Shown: piece after piece, positions 29,393-42,761 of the stretch
Layout: each line of letters begins with the position of its first letter
Position numbering within the stretch: the stretch's first letter is position 1
NCBI RefSeq assembly: GCF_009914755.1
Contig: NC_060935.1
DNA length: 64,000 nt
Reading direction: 5' to 3' (one strand)
Source of the DNA: the human T2T-CHM13v2.0 reference genome, Homo sapiens
Made by a program: the position numbers and the translations under genes
The notes under the pieces: generated by a model
Seen by the model: the letters and a program-made list of their open reading frames with translations, nothing else
Database searches by the model: none
What the model was told of the DNA's origin: nothing

Positions 29393-29775
29393 TAACATAG
29401 GATGAATTGTGTCTCCCAAAATGTACATGGTAAAGTCCTAACCTTTAGTACCTAAGAATGTGAGTATATTTGGAGCTAGGACCTTTAAAGGGGTAATTAA
29501 AATTAAATGAGATCACTAGGGTGAGTCCTTACTCAATATGACTGGTGTCCTTATAAGAAGACAAGATTAGAACACAGACACAACACGAAGGGACAACCAT
29601 GTGAGGAAGCAGTGAGAAGGCAGTCATTTGAAAGGAGAGAGGCCTCAGAAGAAACCAAACTTGCTGACACCTTCCTCTTGGACTTCCAGCCTCCATAATT
29701 GTGAGAAATAAGTTTCTGTTGTTTAAGCCTCCCAGCCTACAGCATTTTATTATGACAGCCTGGTAAACAAATACA
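29393..29775 (+). mobile_element. MLT1B-like solo LTR
   Basis: gaattgtgtctcccaaaat...tatgactggtgtccttataagaag...ttctgttgtttaagcc...aaataca. Confidence 0.88.
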
Positions 29776-29799
29776 GATGAATAAAGTCTCCAGAGTGAG

Positions 29800-30310
29800 C
29801 ACTTAGTTGCCTATCAAACACCCCTTCCCTCCTGCTTCCTTACTAATGTAAACCACCTTTATTCAAAATTCACAGCATGAATAATCTAAGCAACTGTGTT
29901 TCAGTTTATCCCTGTTGCCAGTGAGTGGCTGAGAAACAGGCATATGACCAAAATCAAACCAGAAGACATTAAAAGAAGACTCTTGGGGCCTTCTAGGAAG
30001 AGTTTTCTCACCCCTTTTGGAAAGGCAAAGTAGGTATGGCCTCTTGTTTCTCTAAAAATGTTTGTGTCTCACTGAGACACCTGAAACTTCTGCAGCTAAT
30101 TTGTAACCAACAGGGAGCCTGGCTGAAGGCAAAGACAATTTCCTAAGGATTGCAAAGAGGATAGATGAGTAATGACATCTCTGTCTACTATCTCACGCTA
30201 ACCTGCAGCACCTCCCACCTCAGGACTTTCAGGGATGGCTGATTTTTAAAATTCCTTTTTATTTAAACCAGTCAGTTTTCTGTGATCACAGCTGAAAGCA
30301 TCCAATCAGA
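29800..30310 (+). mobile_element. Ancient MLT1J/K-like LTR
   Basis: ttgccagtgagtggctgagaaacaggcatatgacc; ttttctgtgatcacagctgaaagcatcc. Confidence 0.6.
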
Positions 30311-30442
30311 GGCATTCCATCATCCTTTCCAGCCCCATTACTTCCTAGAAGCTATATTTCTAAGGCCACTCGCAACAGTAAACGTGTTAAAGAGAACCTT
30401 ACAAACATGAGCTCCCCACATCTCTAAGAAGTAGTAAGATAT

Positions 30443-31598
<1,156 letters not shown>

Positions 31599-32439
31599 TG
31601 GGTAGGGACTATCTTTAGGCCCATTTAAATAAAGAACAGGGGTTAAAAGGTTAAGTAATCTGAGACAACAGAGTGGCTTAGCCCAGAATGTGAAACCTGT
31701 CTGACCTGAGATCTTTGCTCTTACCCACTCTCTACCAGAAACTCTGAGAAAAAAAAACAGAAATTTTTCCAATCAGCCAGAAAGTTGCTGAGGGTCAGGG
31801 ATAGAAATCCTTAATCATTCAGAAAGCCTCAATTTGAGAAATCTATCTTTTCAGAATCTCTTAAACTCCTTGAAACTCTAAATTGCTGCCAGAATGTTAG
31901 GAAGGGCTGATAAGCCCTTTGAATTCTTGTGCTATACTTTGGATTCTTCAATCATGATGATGAATCCCCAGCTAATTTCTACCATCTTTTTTTAAGAGAT
32001 TGCACTATTTTCCAAACAATGTGCAATTAGGCATTGATTTTTATTATTAGTCCAAAGTCACATTGTTCTTCCTCTCTCTTTTTTCAGCTAACTGTTGGAG
32101 GTTGCTAAAGGTTTTTTTTATCTATTCAATAGAAAAAAATTATAAATATTTATTATGTAAAAATTACTGTAAAGAAAAGAGGACAGAACATAAAAAAGAA
32201 ATGATCTATCACAGAACAAAAGTTATTGATCTTGAGATGTAACAAAAGACATTTAGGCAGGTTCTCAAGCAGGACTTTCTAACTAGAAGAGTAAAAGATA
32301 TTGAAAGTGTTAACCAGAAAGCACATAATGAAATATCTCACAGAGTTTCTCCCAAAAAAAAGGGTGTGGAAATTTTAGGTGCAAACTTTCTTGATTGTGA
32401 AGGAGCAAGACTAGTTGTTTTGTTTTTGTTTTTGTTTTT

Positions 32440-33040
32440 TGTAACCATTTGGTTACAAAAAAAATTCAAACTAACTTAAATAAAAAGAGTTTACTGGAAT
32501 GATATAGGAGTATCTTACAGAAGCCAAGCACAGGAACACCAAAAACAAAAGTCATTCAGCTGCCAAGGCCATCCCTCCCTGTCTTTCTCTTGCTTCCTTT
32601 TTTTCTTTATTTGCTTATCTTTCTCTCTCTCTTTTTCACTCTCTTTCATTACATTGTCATTCAGTTTGTTTTCAAAGCATTCTCTCTGCAAATGAGCTCT
32701 TCCTGTTGTACTACATACATCCCATTACCCAAGATGGCCCCTTCAGATCTCAATTCTAGATCATCTGAGAAGGTCAAGACACACAGCAAGCTAAACAATT
32801 ATCTCTGCAACCCAATTCCAAATTTTCTGGGGAGGGTATGATTGGGCCAGCCCAGGTTCTGGGTTGTTCTCCTGAGCCAGGTACCCCCTACTTGCCCAAT
32901 CAGCTGTGACTAGAGAATAAGAAATATTCCCTAAGAACATGGACTAGAGTCCATTTCTGCTTACATGGGATGGGGAGAGCAAGGCAGAACAACTGTTCTC
33001 AGATTATACGGTGGGAGCTGGGTGAGTTCCCCAAAGGCTG
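32440..33040 (-). mobile_element. Ancient MLT1 (K/L-like) LTR
   Basis: ttcaaactaacttaaataaaaagagtttactgg; aattccaaattttctgggg...tgattgggccagccc; ccaatcagctgtg. Confidence 0.55.
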
Positions 33041-33544
33041 TCTGCTGCACGTGATCTTTAGGGCTTTCTTCCACCATGAAATTCTCTATTCAAGAAGTTT
33101 TAATGATGACTTGGCTTCACCCTGCCCACCCCCTCCATTTCTCAAACGCAAATGCAAATAGGCAGGAGAAAGGAACTCGAGGCAGTGCCCGGCTCTGCTC
33201 CTCAGTTACGGAAGCTGGGCCCTAGGGTGGCGTTTCCTCCCAGAAGAAGTATGGGATGGAAGTGGTATTATCTTCAGCCTAAGCGAGGAAGCACAACCTC
33301 GGCAATTTCCTGGACCTTGCCCTCAGCTAATTAGCACTTTCACCCATCAGCCTCAGCTCAGCCCCAGAGTTAACCCTTTACCCGCCTCCATCAATCCTCG
33401 TGCCTCAGATTTCTCAAATCCCCTGCCCACCTCAAACACACACACAAATGTGTAGCGGGAATGGAACAGGGCTCTGCTCAGGCCATTCGCCTGAGTCCCT
33501 CATCCACATTGCCTACATAGAGGACTTTCTATTAAATAAAATGA

Positions 33545-34310
33545 AAAAAAAAGGTCATTGTGGTACTCCCCTGCTCCAAACCCTTCTCTGCATCCCCTCT
33601 ATCAACAGGACATGGGTCCTTGACTTGGGCTAGAAGGTCCTGCAGACACAGCCCTGTATATCCCACTAGACTTGTCTCAGGCTCCTCTACAGTAGACATA
33701 GCCCATGTTTCAGCCTTCACTGAATTGTCTGCAGTTCCCTAACTCGCAGTATGATGTTCCCATCTCTGCACATTGCTACATGCTCCTCCTCCCATTTGAA
33801 CTGCACCTCTTCTCCTCAGCCGCTCATGGCTATGCCCCTGCTTCTGCGGTGGCACTATGGCACCAGGAGGAAGTTATCTGGGTTCATGTCTGCTCTCTGT
33901 ATTGAGCTTTTAACTCCTTAAAAGCAAGGACTCTGCTCTGCTCAGGGCCATATATCCAGGGCTGAGGGGAGTGTTAGTGCATCACGAAATGCTTGAAGGA
34001 AGAACACAAGAGAGAATGCAAATGAGAAGAACAGGAAAGAAACAGGGAAGGAAGAAATCTTCCTTCCCCTTAACAATGTCCCTGACCAGCTGTGAAAACA
34101 AAGGCAGGTGGTTCTCGGACAGAGCATACTTCTTCGATCAGTCCTAGGCTTTACAGCTTTCAGAACCCATTCATACACAAAAGCTCATTTGATCCTCATA
34201 CATCCCTGTTAGGCGAACAACAATTGCCCCCATTTTACAAAGAGGAAAGACAAAAGCTAGAGAAGTTAAGTGACTTGAAAGAGCACCAGCGAGTCTCGGC
34301 ATTCAGAGCC
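33545..34310. mobile_element. L2 relic (+, ~33545-34000) followed by MIR (-, ~34180-34310)
   Basis: actcccctgctccaaacccttc; actccttaaaagcaaggac; cccattttacaaagaggaaa...agaagttaagtgacttg. Confidence 0.6.
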
Positions 34311-35261
34311 GAGGGGATTCCTTCCCCACAAGAGGATGCTTTCCTGGTCAGCAGAGATCAACTGTGCAAGGGGTTGGTGGTCTCTGAAGTGTCCCAGGCT
34401 GGCTTAGCCTGGAGGCGATCCCACTTTGAGCAGCCACCCAGGAGCTGGTGTCCCCACTCACTGCCCAGTTCCTACCACAGTACAAACATCATATTATTTC
34501 CCTGGGTCGAACAGCCTGACGCCAGCTCAGCTTCCTTCTGGCCCCTGTCTCTGTCCTACATCTGGGGAGACAGTGAATAATCCTTCCTTTCTTTCTGGAG
34601 GTTGTTGCCTTCAAGGTATTTATAGACTGCTCCTGGCCCCGCTGAGGCATCTTTTCTCTCCTGTTTAAATTTAGCTGCCTTTGTCTTCTTCCTCTGACTT
34701 ATCTGCTGATCCTGCCTGGATTTCCTCTACTGCCTTTGTTCTCCCTGTGTTTGTTCCACATGTCTCTCATCTGCTGAGCCCAACGATCTCACCAAAGAGT
34801 TTCTCTGAAGCCTTATATAACTTTCTCCTCCATGCTCAGACCTCTCCAACAATCCTCTCTCTGCCCACTTTTCACTTTCTCTTGCAGCAAGTTTCACCTT
34901 TATCTTCTCTCAATCCAGTCCATTTGCAAAAAGGGAAAACTGGCATGGCCAATTTGCAAACAGCCAGAACAAAAGACTTTTCGATCTTGTCTGCCATTTT
35001 TACTTTTAAAGGCTCCTGGTTTTGACATGTCTAACTTGAGTCGCACATCTCAGAATCATTTTGTCTTATGTGTGCGTAGACGTGTCAAAGTCTTGGGCAT
35101 CTTTGTTCTTTCAAAACTGACCATAAGACAGTTCTTGTCTTAGCACCGGAAAGAGCAATTGCTCTCAAAATCCAGAGGAGGAAAGTGCACTGTTTTGCCT
35201 GTAATAACATTTAATAGCTATAAGGTAGATCGAGATGAGATGTCCCACCTCTAAATCATAA

Positions 35262-35505
35262 AGGGGTCTCTGATCCTAAGGGCTCCAGGCTTAGGCAGGT
35301 CAATAAATGAAGCAGGCCTGACCACAGATATTAGGCACCTGCAGCATGTATACAGTAAAGGCAGTAGCATATCTCATCATTCTGGTCTTCTGATTTGTTC
35401 CAGACACATCAAAAATCTGGACTTTTAAATAATGGCAATTAATGCAAAATTTTAAAAAATATTATATGATCAGAATAGAACACAGACCACAAGTTGTGGC
35501 CCCCG
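35262..35505 (-). mobile_element. MER102-like fragment
   Basis: ggcaggtcaataaatgaagcaggcc; aaaaatctggactttt; tggcaattaatgcaaaattttaaaaa. Confidence 0.5.
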
Positions 35506-35675
35506 CACAACCCCATCCATCCTCCGCTTTAGATGTCAGTCATCCTTGCTCCCTGCCACCTCCCTAGCCATGGCTTATAGACCAAGTGGCCCTTCCAGAT
35601 TCATTTAGCATTTCTATTGCACTCAGTCTTACAGCTTCATTTCCACTCCTCTGCTATTCTTAAAACCGGATTCTG

Positions 35676-35997
35676 GGCCAGGAGCGGTGGCTCATGCCTA
35701 TAATCCCAACATTTTGGGAGGCCAAGGCGGGTGGATAACATGAGGTCAGGAGTTTGAGACCAGCCTGGCCAACATGATGAAACCCCATCTTTACTAAAAA
35801 TACAAAAATTAGCCGGGCGTGGTGGCATGTACTTGTAGTCCTAGCTACTCAGGAGGCTGAGGTAGGAAAATTGCTTGAACCCAGGAGGAGGAGCTTGCAG
35901 TGAGCCAAGATCACGCCACTGCACTCCAGCATGGGTGACAGAGGGAGACTCTATCTCAAAAAAATAAAAAGTTTAAAAATTTAAAAAATTAAAAAAA
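35676..35997 (+). mobile_element. Alu (AluS)
   Basis: Full dimer; TSD aaaac(c/t)ggattct. Confidence 0.95.
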
Positions 35998-36124
35998 CTG
36001 GATTCTAAACCAATAACAGCAGGACTTTCCCTCTAATTCAAGCTCCCTGTGGACTTTCTGTCTTGTCTTTATGCTTGGCAAGAGTGGTGTTCATTTTCAG
36101 AATGGTCTCCCAGAAGATCTTCTG

Positions 36125-36507
36125 TGATACATCAGTCGGGATGAGCTAGGTTATACTCTAGAAACAAATGGCATTAAAATCCCAGAGGTTTAAATTACAA
36201 AAATTCACTGCTTGTCCATGCCACAAGTCCACTGAGGGGCTTTGCTCCAAGCCACTTGGACTCAGGTTGGTGGGGCAGCCACTATCTGAAGTGTTACCAC
36301 CATCATGTCAGAGTATGACAAATCGCACACTGGCTCTCAAACCTTTTTCCCAGAAGCAACACTTATATCTCTTCGACTCACATTTCATTTCCCAGAGCAG
36401 GTTACACAGCCATATCCAATTTCAAAGGAGATGAAGAAATGTCATTTTATCATGTTCCTGGAAGGCGGGAGGATGGAAGTGTCTGGTAGCACTAACTGAT
36501 TACCACA
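36125..36507 (-). mobile_element. Old MLT1 (I/J-like) LTR
   Basis: tcagtcgggatgagctaggttat...ctcacatttcatt...agcactaactgattaccaca. Confidence 0.7.
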
Positions 36508-37059
36508 TATGGTATTTCCACTTTAGAGGGAGGTTTCTTAGTTAGTTCTACCCATTGGTTCCAAAGTCATTCATTTATTCATTTAACAGTAATGACTGAG
36601 CAAAGCCCTGAAGTGGGAAATCTAGGGACAGGAATAAGAACTGACCTTTACCTTCAAGCAGCTATGACTTATCTAGGGAACATCCACAGATCTGTGCCAA
36701 TAATTTGTAAACAAGGTACACAGGAGGTGCCTCAGGCAAGTGTAAATGAAGTACTGAGCATAGAAAAGGCAGTAAACATGGGGACATTGGCATCTGGGCA
36801 AATCTTTGGAACAGGAGAAAGGTAGACATGAGCAGGAAGGACCTTTCCTCTCCCCTCCCACACCCAGGTAGCTGCACTGCCCATACGAAGCAAAATCCCT
36901 CCACCCGAATATTTGTGACCACAATGATAGATGAAAGTACCAAACAGGTACAACTTCCTGAATAACTAGTCCTACACCTGGGCATATGATGCAGGCAAAG
37001 AGAAATACACATCACATCAAAAGCAGTTCCCACCCCTACCTATGGGTCCAAGACCACAA

Positions 37060-37290
37060 TAAAGCTCATTGCTTCAATTCAAACTTCAGCTCCTCCACTT
37101 ACTTGCTACATGAACTTGGGCAAGTCATTGAGCTACCTGTGTCTGTTTCCTCATATGCAAAACGTAGGTAATAATGGTACCTACCTCAAAGGGTTGATAT
37201 CAGAATTGAATGGGTTAATACAGGTAAAGAGACAAGTAAAGGCAGGCCGGGCTCACAGTAGACATCATGTAAGTGGTGGCTAGCACCCTC
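37060..37290 (+). mobile_element. MIR
   Basis: ccacttacttgctacatgaacttgggcaagtc...tttcctcat...ataatggtacctacctca. Confidence 0.8.
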
Positions 37291-37555
37291 ATCCTGCCCT
37301 CGTCATTGTCTTGATATGATTGTCATCTTGTTGCTTCTCCCTCCTTCAACATCTCAGTTGCTTACTACAACTCCTAAAGTGTGTGTGCTTGGCATTGACT
37401 AAGACTGTTCTTACGTGGTCCATGGAAGGAGATTTCATCCTCAAAAAACATTAGGCAGAGGGAAGAGGGCTTTGTGCCCTCAGGGGTGGTCTACCTGAAC
37501 ACTAATGTGTACCCCATCTCTTCCTCATCACCAGTAAATTTCTAATAAATATCTC

Positions 37556-38061
37556 TTTTAAACTTTTATTTTAGGTTCGGAGGTACATGTGAAGGTATGT
37601 ACACAAGTAAATTCGTGGGTTCGTTTTACAGATTATTTCATCAACCAGGAATTAAGCCCATTACCTAATGATTACCTTTTCCACTCCTCTCCCTCCTCTT
37701 ACCCTCCACCCTTGAGTAGACCCCAGTGTCTCTTGTGTCCCGCTTTGTGCTCATAAGTTCTCATCATTTAGCTTCCACTTATAAGCGAGAACATGTGGTA
37801 TTTGGTTTTCTGTTCCTGCGTTAGTTTGCTAAGGATAATAGCCTCCATTTCTATCCATGTTCTCACAAAAGACATGATCTCATTCTTTTTTACGGCTGTA
37901 AGGTATTCCATGGTGTATATGTACCACATCTTCTTTATTCAATCTGTCAATGAGCATTTAAGTTCAGTCCATCTTTGCTATTGTGAATAGTGCTGCTATG
38001 AACATTTGCATGCATGTGTCTTTATGGTAGAATGATTTATATTCCTCTGGTATACATCCCA
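37556..38061 (-). mobile_element. 5'-truncated L1 (L1PA15/16-like) 3' end
   Basis: aacttttattttaggttc...cacttataagcgagaacatgtggtatttggttttctgttcctgcgttagtttgct...tggtagaatgatttatattcc. Confidence 0.9.
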
Positions 38062-38469
38062 TAAAGGAACTGCTAAATCTCTTTCCATATATCCCCCACC
38101 CTGAACTACTCCGTGAACTTCTAGCCAGAGTCACATGTCCATTGGATGGGCCACAAAGCACAAATCCCACCAGATGGACCCTAAGGGAACAGAAGACTCA
38201 TGTCCTACACTGTGCATGGCAGACTGCCTCCGGGATGAGCAGTGCACAAGGCAAAAACCCTGTTTGTTTTCTTTAATCCAGAATTTTCTGAGTTAAATTT
38301 CAACCAAGGTAACTTCGTTTTGCAAGTGATACATTTTGGGAAATATTCTGCAAAGGCAAAGAACTGTTTCTCATTCATCCACTTATCCACAGAAATGTGG
38401 ATAATGCTCGGTGTATAACAGGCATGAGAAAAGAGTCAATAAATTGAACTGAATTTGTTATATAACCTC

Positions 38470-39380
38470 AGGAAAAATATTTCCTCCCTGGGCTTCAGTT
38501 TTCCCATTTCTATAATGAGAGAATTGGACTAGAGGGTTGCTAAGACCATTTCTATCCTCAGTTATGAGCCAATCTTTCAGTAGGTGTTTTTTTTCCTTGC
38601 CCTCTGCCTAGTTATTATTGAACTTCATTATTTTATTCAAGATGGGAGCAAAAGCAAAACTGTCAACCCCCAATAAGCAGGAAGCTAATAGAGGAAATGA
38701 TCAAAGATGACATTTACTGTGTGCCAGCCACATTTCCGAATGATTAATAGGGATTGCTGTACCTAGTTGAAACAAGACCATTGGATAAGTATCATTATTA
38801 AAATCGTTCCCATTTTACTAACACATTGAGGCACAGAGACACTAAGCTACTGCTTAAGTAGCTCTACCTAGTTGCCAGAGATGGGATTTGAATCCAGGTA
38901 ATTTGACTCCAAACCATTAGTCTACACTGCCTTTACACATGAGGTACAGGAACGCTTTGGATTCAGTCTAGCCCACTCTGTTTCATTGCTAAGAGATAAT
39001 AAAAAGCCCTAAAAACTTAGTTAATTTCTTCAAGTTGGTTCAATATGTTGGCCAATGTGATATTTCTCAATCCCTTGACTGCACCTTTCTTTTACCCTCA
39101 GCTTTCATGAAAGAATGCAGGAAATAGCAACATTCCATGCATTTATTTTTATCAATTATCATCATAACAATAGTCATCTACAGCATTTCTAGGAAGTTCT
39201 TTCTTATCCATCATTGGATATGATTTTCACCCAAGCCACATGAGAGGCACAGAAAAAAAATTGCCATGTCAATTTTACAATCAAGGAAACAAGCTACAAA
39301 AAGTGAGGAAGTTTGCCTAAGACTCCACACCAATAAATAAATTGTGGATCTTGTATTTGAACCTTGTCTTTGGATCTCAG
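38470..39380. mobile_element. Three MIR fragments (+ ~38470-38560; - ~38700-38930; - ~39170-39380)
   Basis: ctgggcttcagttttcccatttctataatgagag; gggatttgaatccagg...tgactccaaa; attttacaatcaaggaaac. Confidence 0.65.
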
Positions 39381-39699
39381 CTAGGAAGTACTCAAGGGCT
39401 CAACCTGATCCAGGGCATTTGGCTCTCAAATTTGGCCCCAGATTGGGGGTGGGGAGTGTCAGAGTTTGTGAAGATATAGGTGTAAACTCAGAGGGAAATG
39501 GAGAGCCTGGAGCCAGGAAGAGAAACCTAGCTTGACAACCTCAGCAAGAGGGGTGAGGAAGCGGGAGGATGCATTAGGGGGTTAAGGTGCTTTCTTTGCA
39601 CCTGCTCTTTTGTTGCTTCCTACTCACTAAGCCTCTGCCTCTTCAAGTCACTTATCTCTCCACCATCTTAGCCACCTCGTAAATCATGGACCTGGGATG

Positions 39700-41390
39700 G
39701 TTTATGCATTCATTGAGTGCCTACAATGGTGCCAGGCCACTGAATCAGGCACAACAGACACTGAGATGTAATAGACACAAATCATTGAATCCAGGGAAGA
39801 TGTGATGGAGTCAGGCTCAGGAAAGACCTGCAGAGGTGGTATATTTGAGCTGAGTCTGGACTGGTATGCAGGAGGTCTCAGATCAAAATTAAAGACTAGC
39901 AGTTGACGCCAGTCTGGTCTTGGAACCATAGGTAAGGGTAGAGGCTATTTTGGATGTGACATGTATTTCTCTTTGCTTGCACCCTATGCCCAGGCTTAGG
40001 ACTAGTTATTTAGGAAGTTGTACCTGTTTGGTACCTCTTTGGTACAGAAGGTGATTTGGGCCAGAATCAAGGTGTGGAAAAGAGTGTTCCAGGCAGAGGG
40101 AATAACATGGGCAGGATTTGTAACCTTTTTGATTGAAGCACAGGATGCACAGAGCTGAAGTTAGAAAGCAGGTAACAGCCAGATCCTGATGGGCCTTGAA
40201 GTCTAGCCTAAGCCATTGGACTTTATCTTTCAGGCAATGAGGGAACTCTGAATGCTAAATGCAGCTCCCCATTTTTGCTGTCCTGCTCCTCTCATACCAA
40301 GTCCTCCCCAGGACTTAGAAACTAATCCAGAAATTCTCATGGAAATTAGATAGGAAAGTGAAGATAAAAGACGAGAGAAAAAGTATCACTTCCCTTGGTC
40401 AAAAAAGTAAGGAACAGATGCATCATCCCATGGAGAAGGGTGCCACCAGGAGTAGGCAGAGGTCTCCGCCCCTTGCCTGGAGCCCAGGAGACTTGTAGTG
40501 GCAGGTCCTCAAGACAGACCCTCCCCACTACCCTCCCTGTGACTTTCTGTATTGAAATGAATGTGAGTGCTCATCCAGACATCACTGCAAATGCAGTCAG
40601 TCTCCCCATCTAAAACAATGAGTGCATGTGGATGGTGAGCATCAGTGAGCAACACAGAATAAAGACTGATCCCATCCCTTCCAGCCTCAGGGCAGCAGTT
40701 ATGCCAAGTGCTATGCATGAACCTGGCACAGGGAGGCAGTGTGAGCTCATGGTCAGCCTCAGCCTGGACACCTTGGAGCAGGTGATTGAGGGCAGACAAA
40801 AGAGGGAATGGACCCAGATAACACAAGTGCGAGAAAAGGGAGGGGCATTTTCTACAACCAATTTATCAAAACGTGCTTTAATATAAGAGGTCTCCCTCTA
40901 GGACATACCTTTAATCCATGAATCCAGTCCTTTCAATCTTATAACAGGCCCTTGACAAGCAAAACTCCATGAAAGTTCTCAGTCCTTGATCATTTCCTTG
41001 GACTGGTGCTTAATATCCACTGTGGCCTAGCCCCAGCCTGCTTTCCTCCACATGCTGGTACTCACGCCAGTCTCTCTTCCCCATCCAGGCTCTCGTCTGT
41101 GCCTCTGTCCACACTGTTCCCTCCACCTGGAACAGCCTCTTTCAAAAGACCTCTCCCCTATTTCTGATCTAACTCAAATGTCGCCAACACCATGAAGCCG
41201 TTCCTGACCTACTTTCCACGAAGACAGAACTAAGCTCACTCGCTCTCTGTCTTTCTCGGCCACTTGCTACCATCTACCTTATGTGTCAGTGATTTGTATA
41301 CATGGGCAGAAACTCTACCTCAGTGTTGCCATAGAGTATTCAGGATGTGAGCCCTGTTCACAATAACTACTCAATGCATGTACAAAATAA
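39700..41390. mobile_element. Scattered L2 relics (- ~39700-39900 and ~40070-40260; + ~41020-41390)
   Basis: cattcattgagtgcctacaatggtgccaggc; gttccaggcagagggaataacatg; acactgttccctccacctggaac. Confidence 0.6.
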
Positions 41391-41636
41391 GAGGTTAAAT
41401 TCTGTCTGAGGAATGGCCAGAGATGTCCCTGATTCTCAAGGGAGCTTCAGTTTTCCAATCTAGAGAACTTTAAGAAAAAGGGATAGATCAACTGGGAACT
41501 GGTTAACTAAATCATAGTATACAGGCATACCTCATTTTATTTCACTTTGCTTTATTGTACCTCATAGATATCACATTTTTAAGAATTAAAGATTTGTGAC
41601 AGTTAGTCAAGTTGTGAATGCAAAAGAAAAGTTCTT

Positions 41637-41803
41637 AGCCAGACATGGTGGTCCATGCCTGTAGTCCTAGCAACTTGGGAGGCTGAAGCAAGAGGATCTC
41701 TTGAGCCCAGGAGTTTGAGGCTGCCATGAGTTATAATCACACCACTGCACTCCAGCCTGGGCAACAGAATGAGACCCCATGTCTAAAAAAGAAAAGGAAA
41801 AAA
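41637..41803 (+). mobile_element. Alu right monomer (FRAM/AluJ-like)
   Basis: gaggatctcttgagcccaggagtttgaggctgc; TSD aaaagttct. Confidence 0.88.
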
Positions 41804-41901
41804 AAAAGTTCTCAGAAGAAATTAAAAGTTGCTTCCTGATCAGGATAGTGGTTGCTAAAGGTTGGGGTGGCTGTGGCAATTTCTTAAAATAAGACAACAA
41901 T

Positions 41902-42189
41902 GACTGGGCACAGTGCCTCAGGCCTGTAATCCCAGCACTTTGGGAGGCTGAGGTGGGTGGATCACGAGGTCAGGAGCTCGAGACCAGCCTGACCAACATA
42001 GTGAAACGCTGTGTCTACTAAAAATACAAAAATTAGCTGGGCATGGTGGCACGCACCTGTAATCCCAGCTACTCAGGAGGCTGAGACAGGATAATCACTT
42101 GAACCCAGGAGGCGGAGGTTGCAGTGAGCCGAGATTACACCACTGTACTCCAGCCTGGGTGACAGAGCAATACTCCATCTCAAAAAAAA
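41902..42189 (+). mobile_element. Alu (AluSg-like)
   Basis: ggatcacgaggtcagg; TSD aagacaacaat. Confidence 0.95.
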
Positions 42190-42440
42190 AAGACAACAAT
42201 GGAGTTTCCCATATCAATTATATCAATTGACTTTCGTTTTCACAAAGATTTCTCTGTAGTATGGGATGCTGTTTGATAGCATTTTACCCGCAGTCAAACT
42301 TCTTTCAAAATTGGAGTCAATCCTCTAAAAATCTGCCACTGCTTTAATAACTAAGCTTATGTAATATTTCAATCCTTTGTGATCATTTCAACAATGTTCA
42401 CAGCTTCTTCACCAAGAGTATATTCCAACTCAAAAACTCA

Positions 42441-42761
<321 letters not shown>

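Noticed and set aside
33215-33235. CTCF-like word gccctagggtggcg
   Set aside because: Spacing is off by one base from the CTCF core; not supportable from sequence alone.
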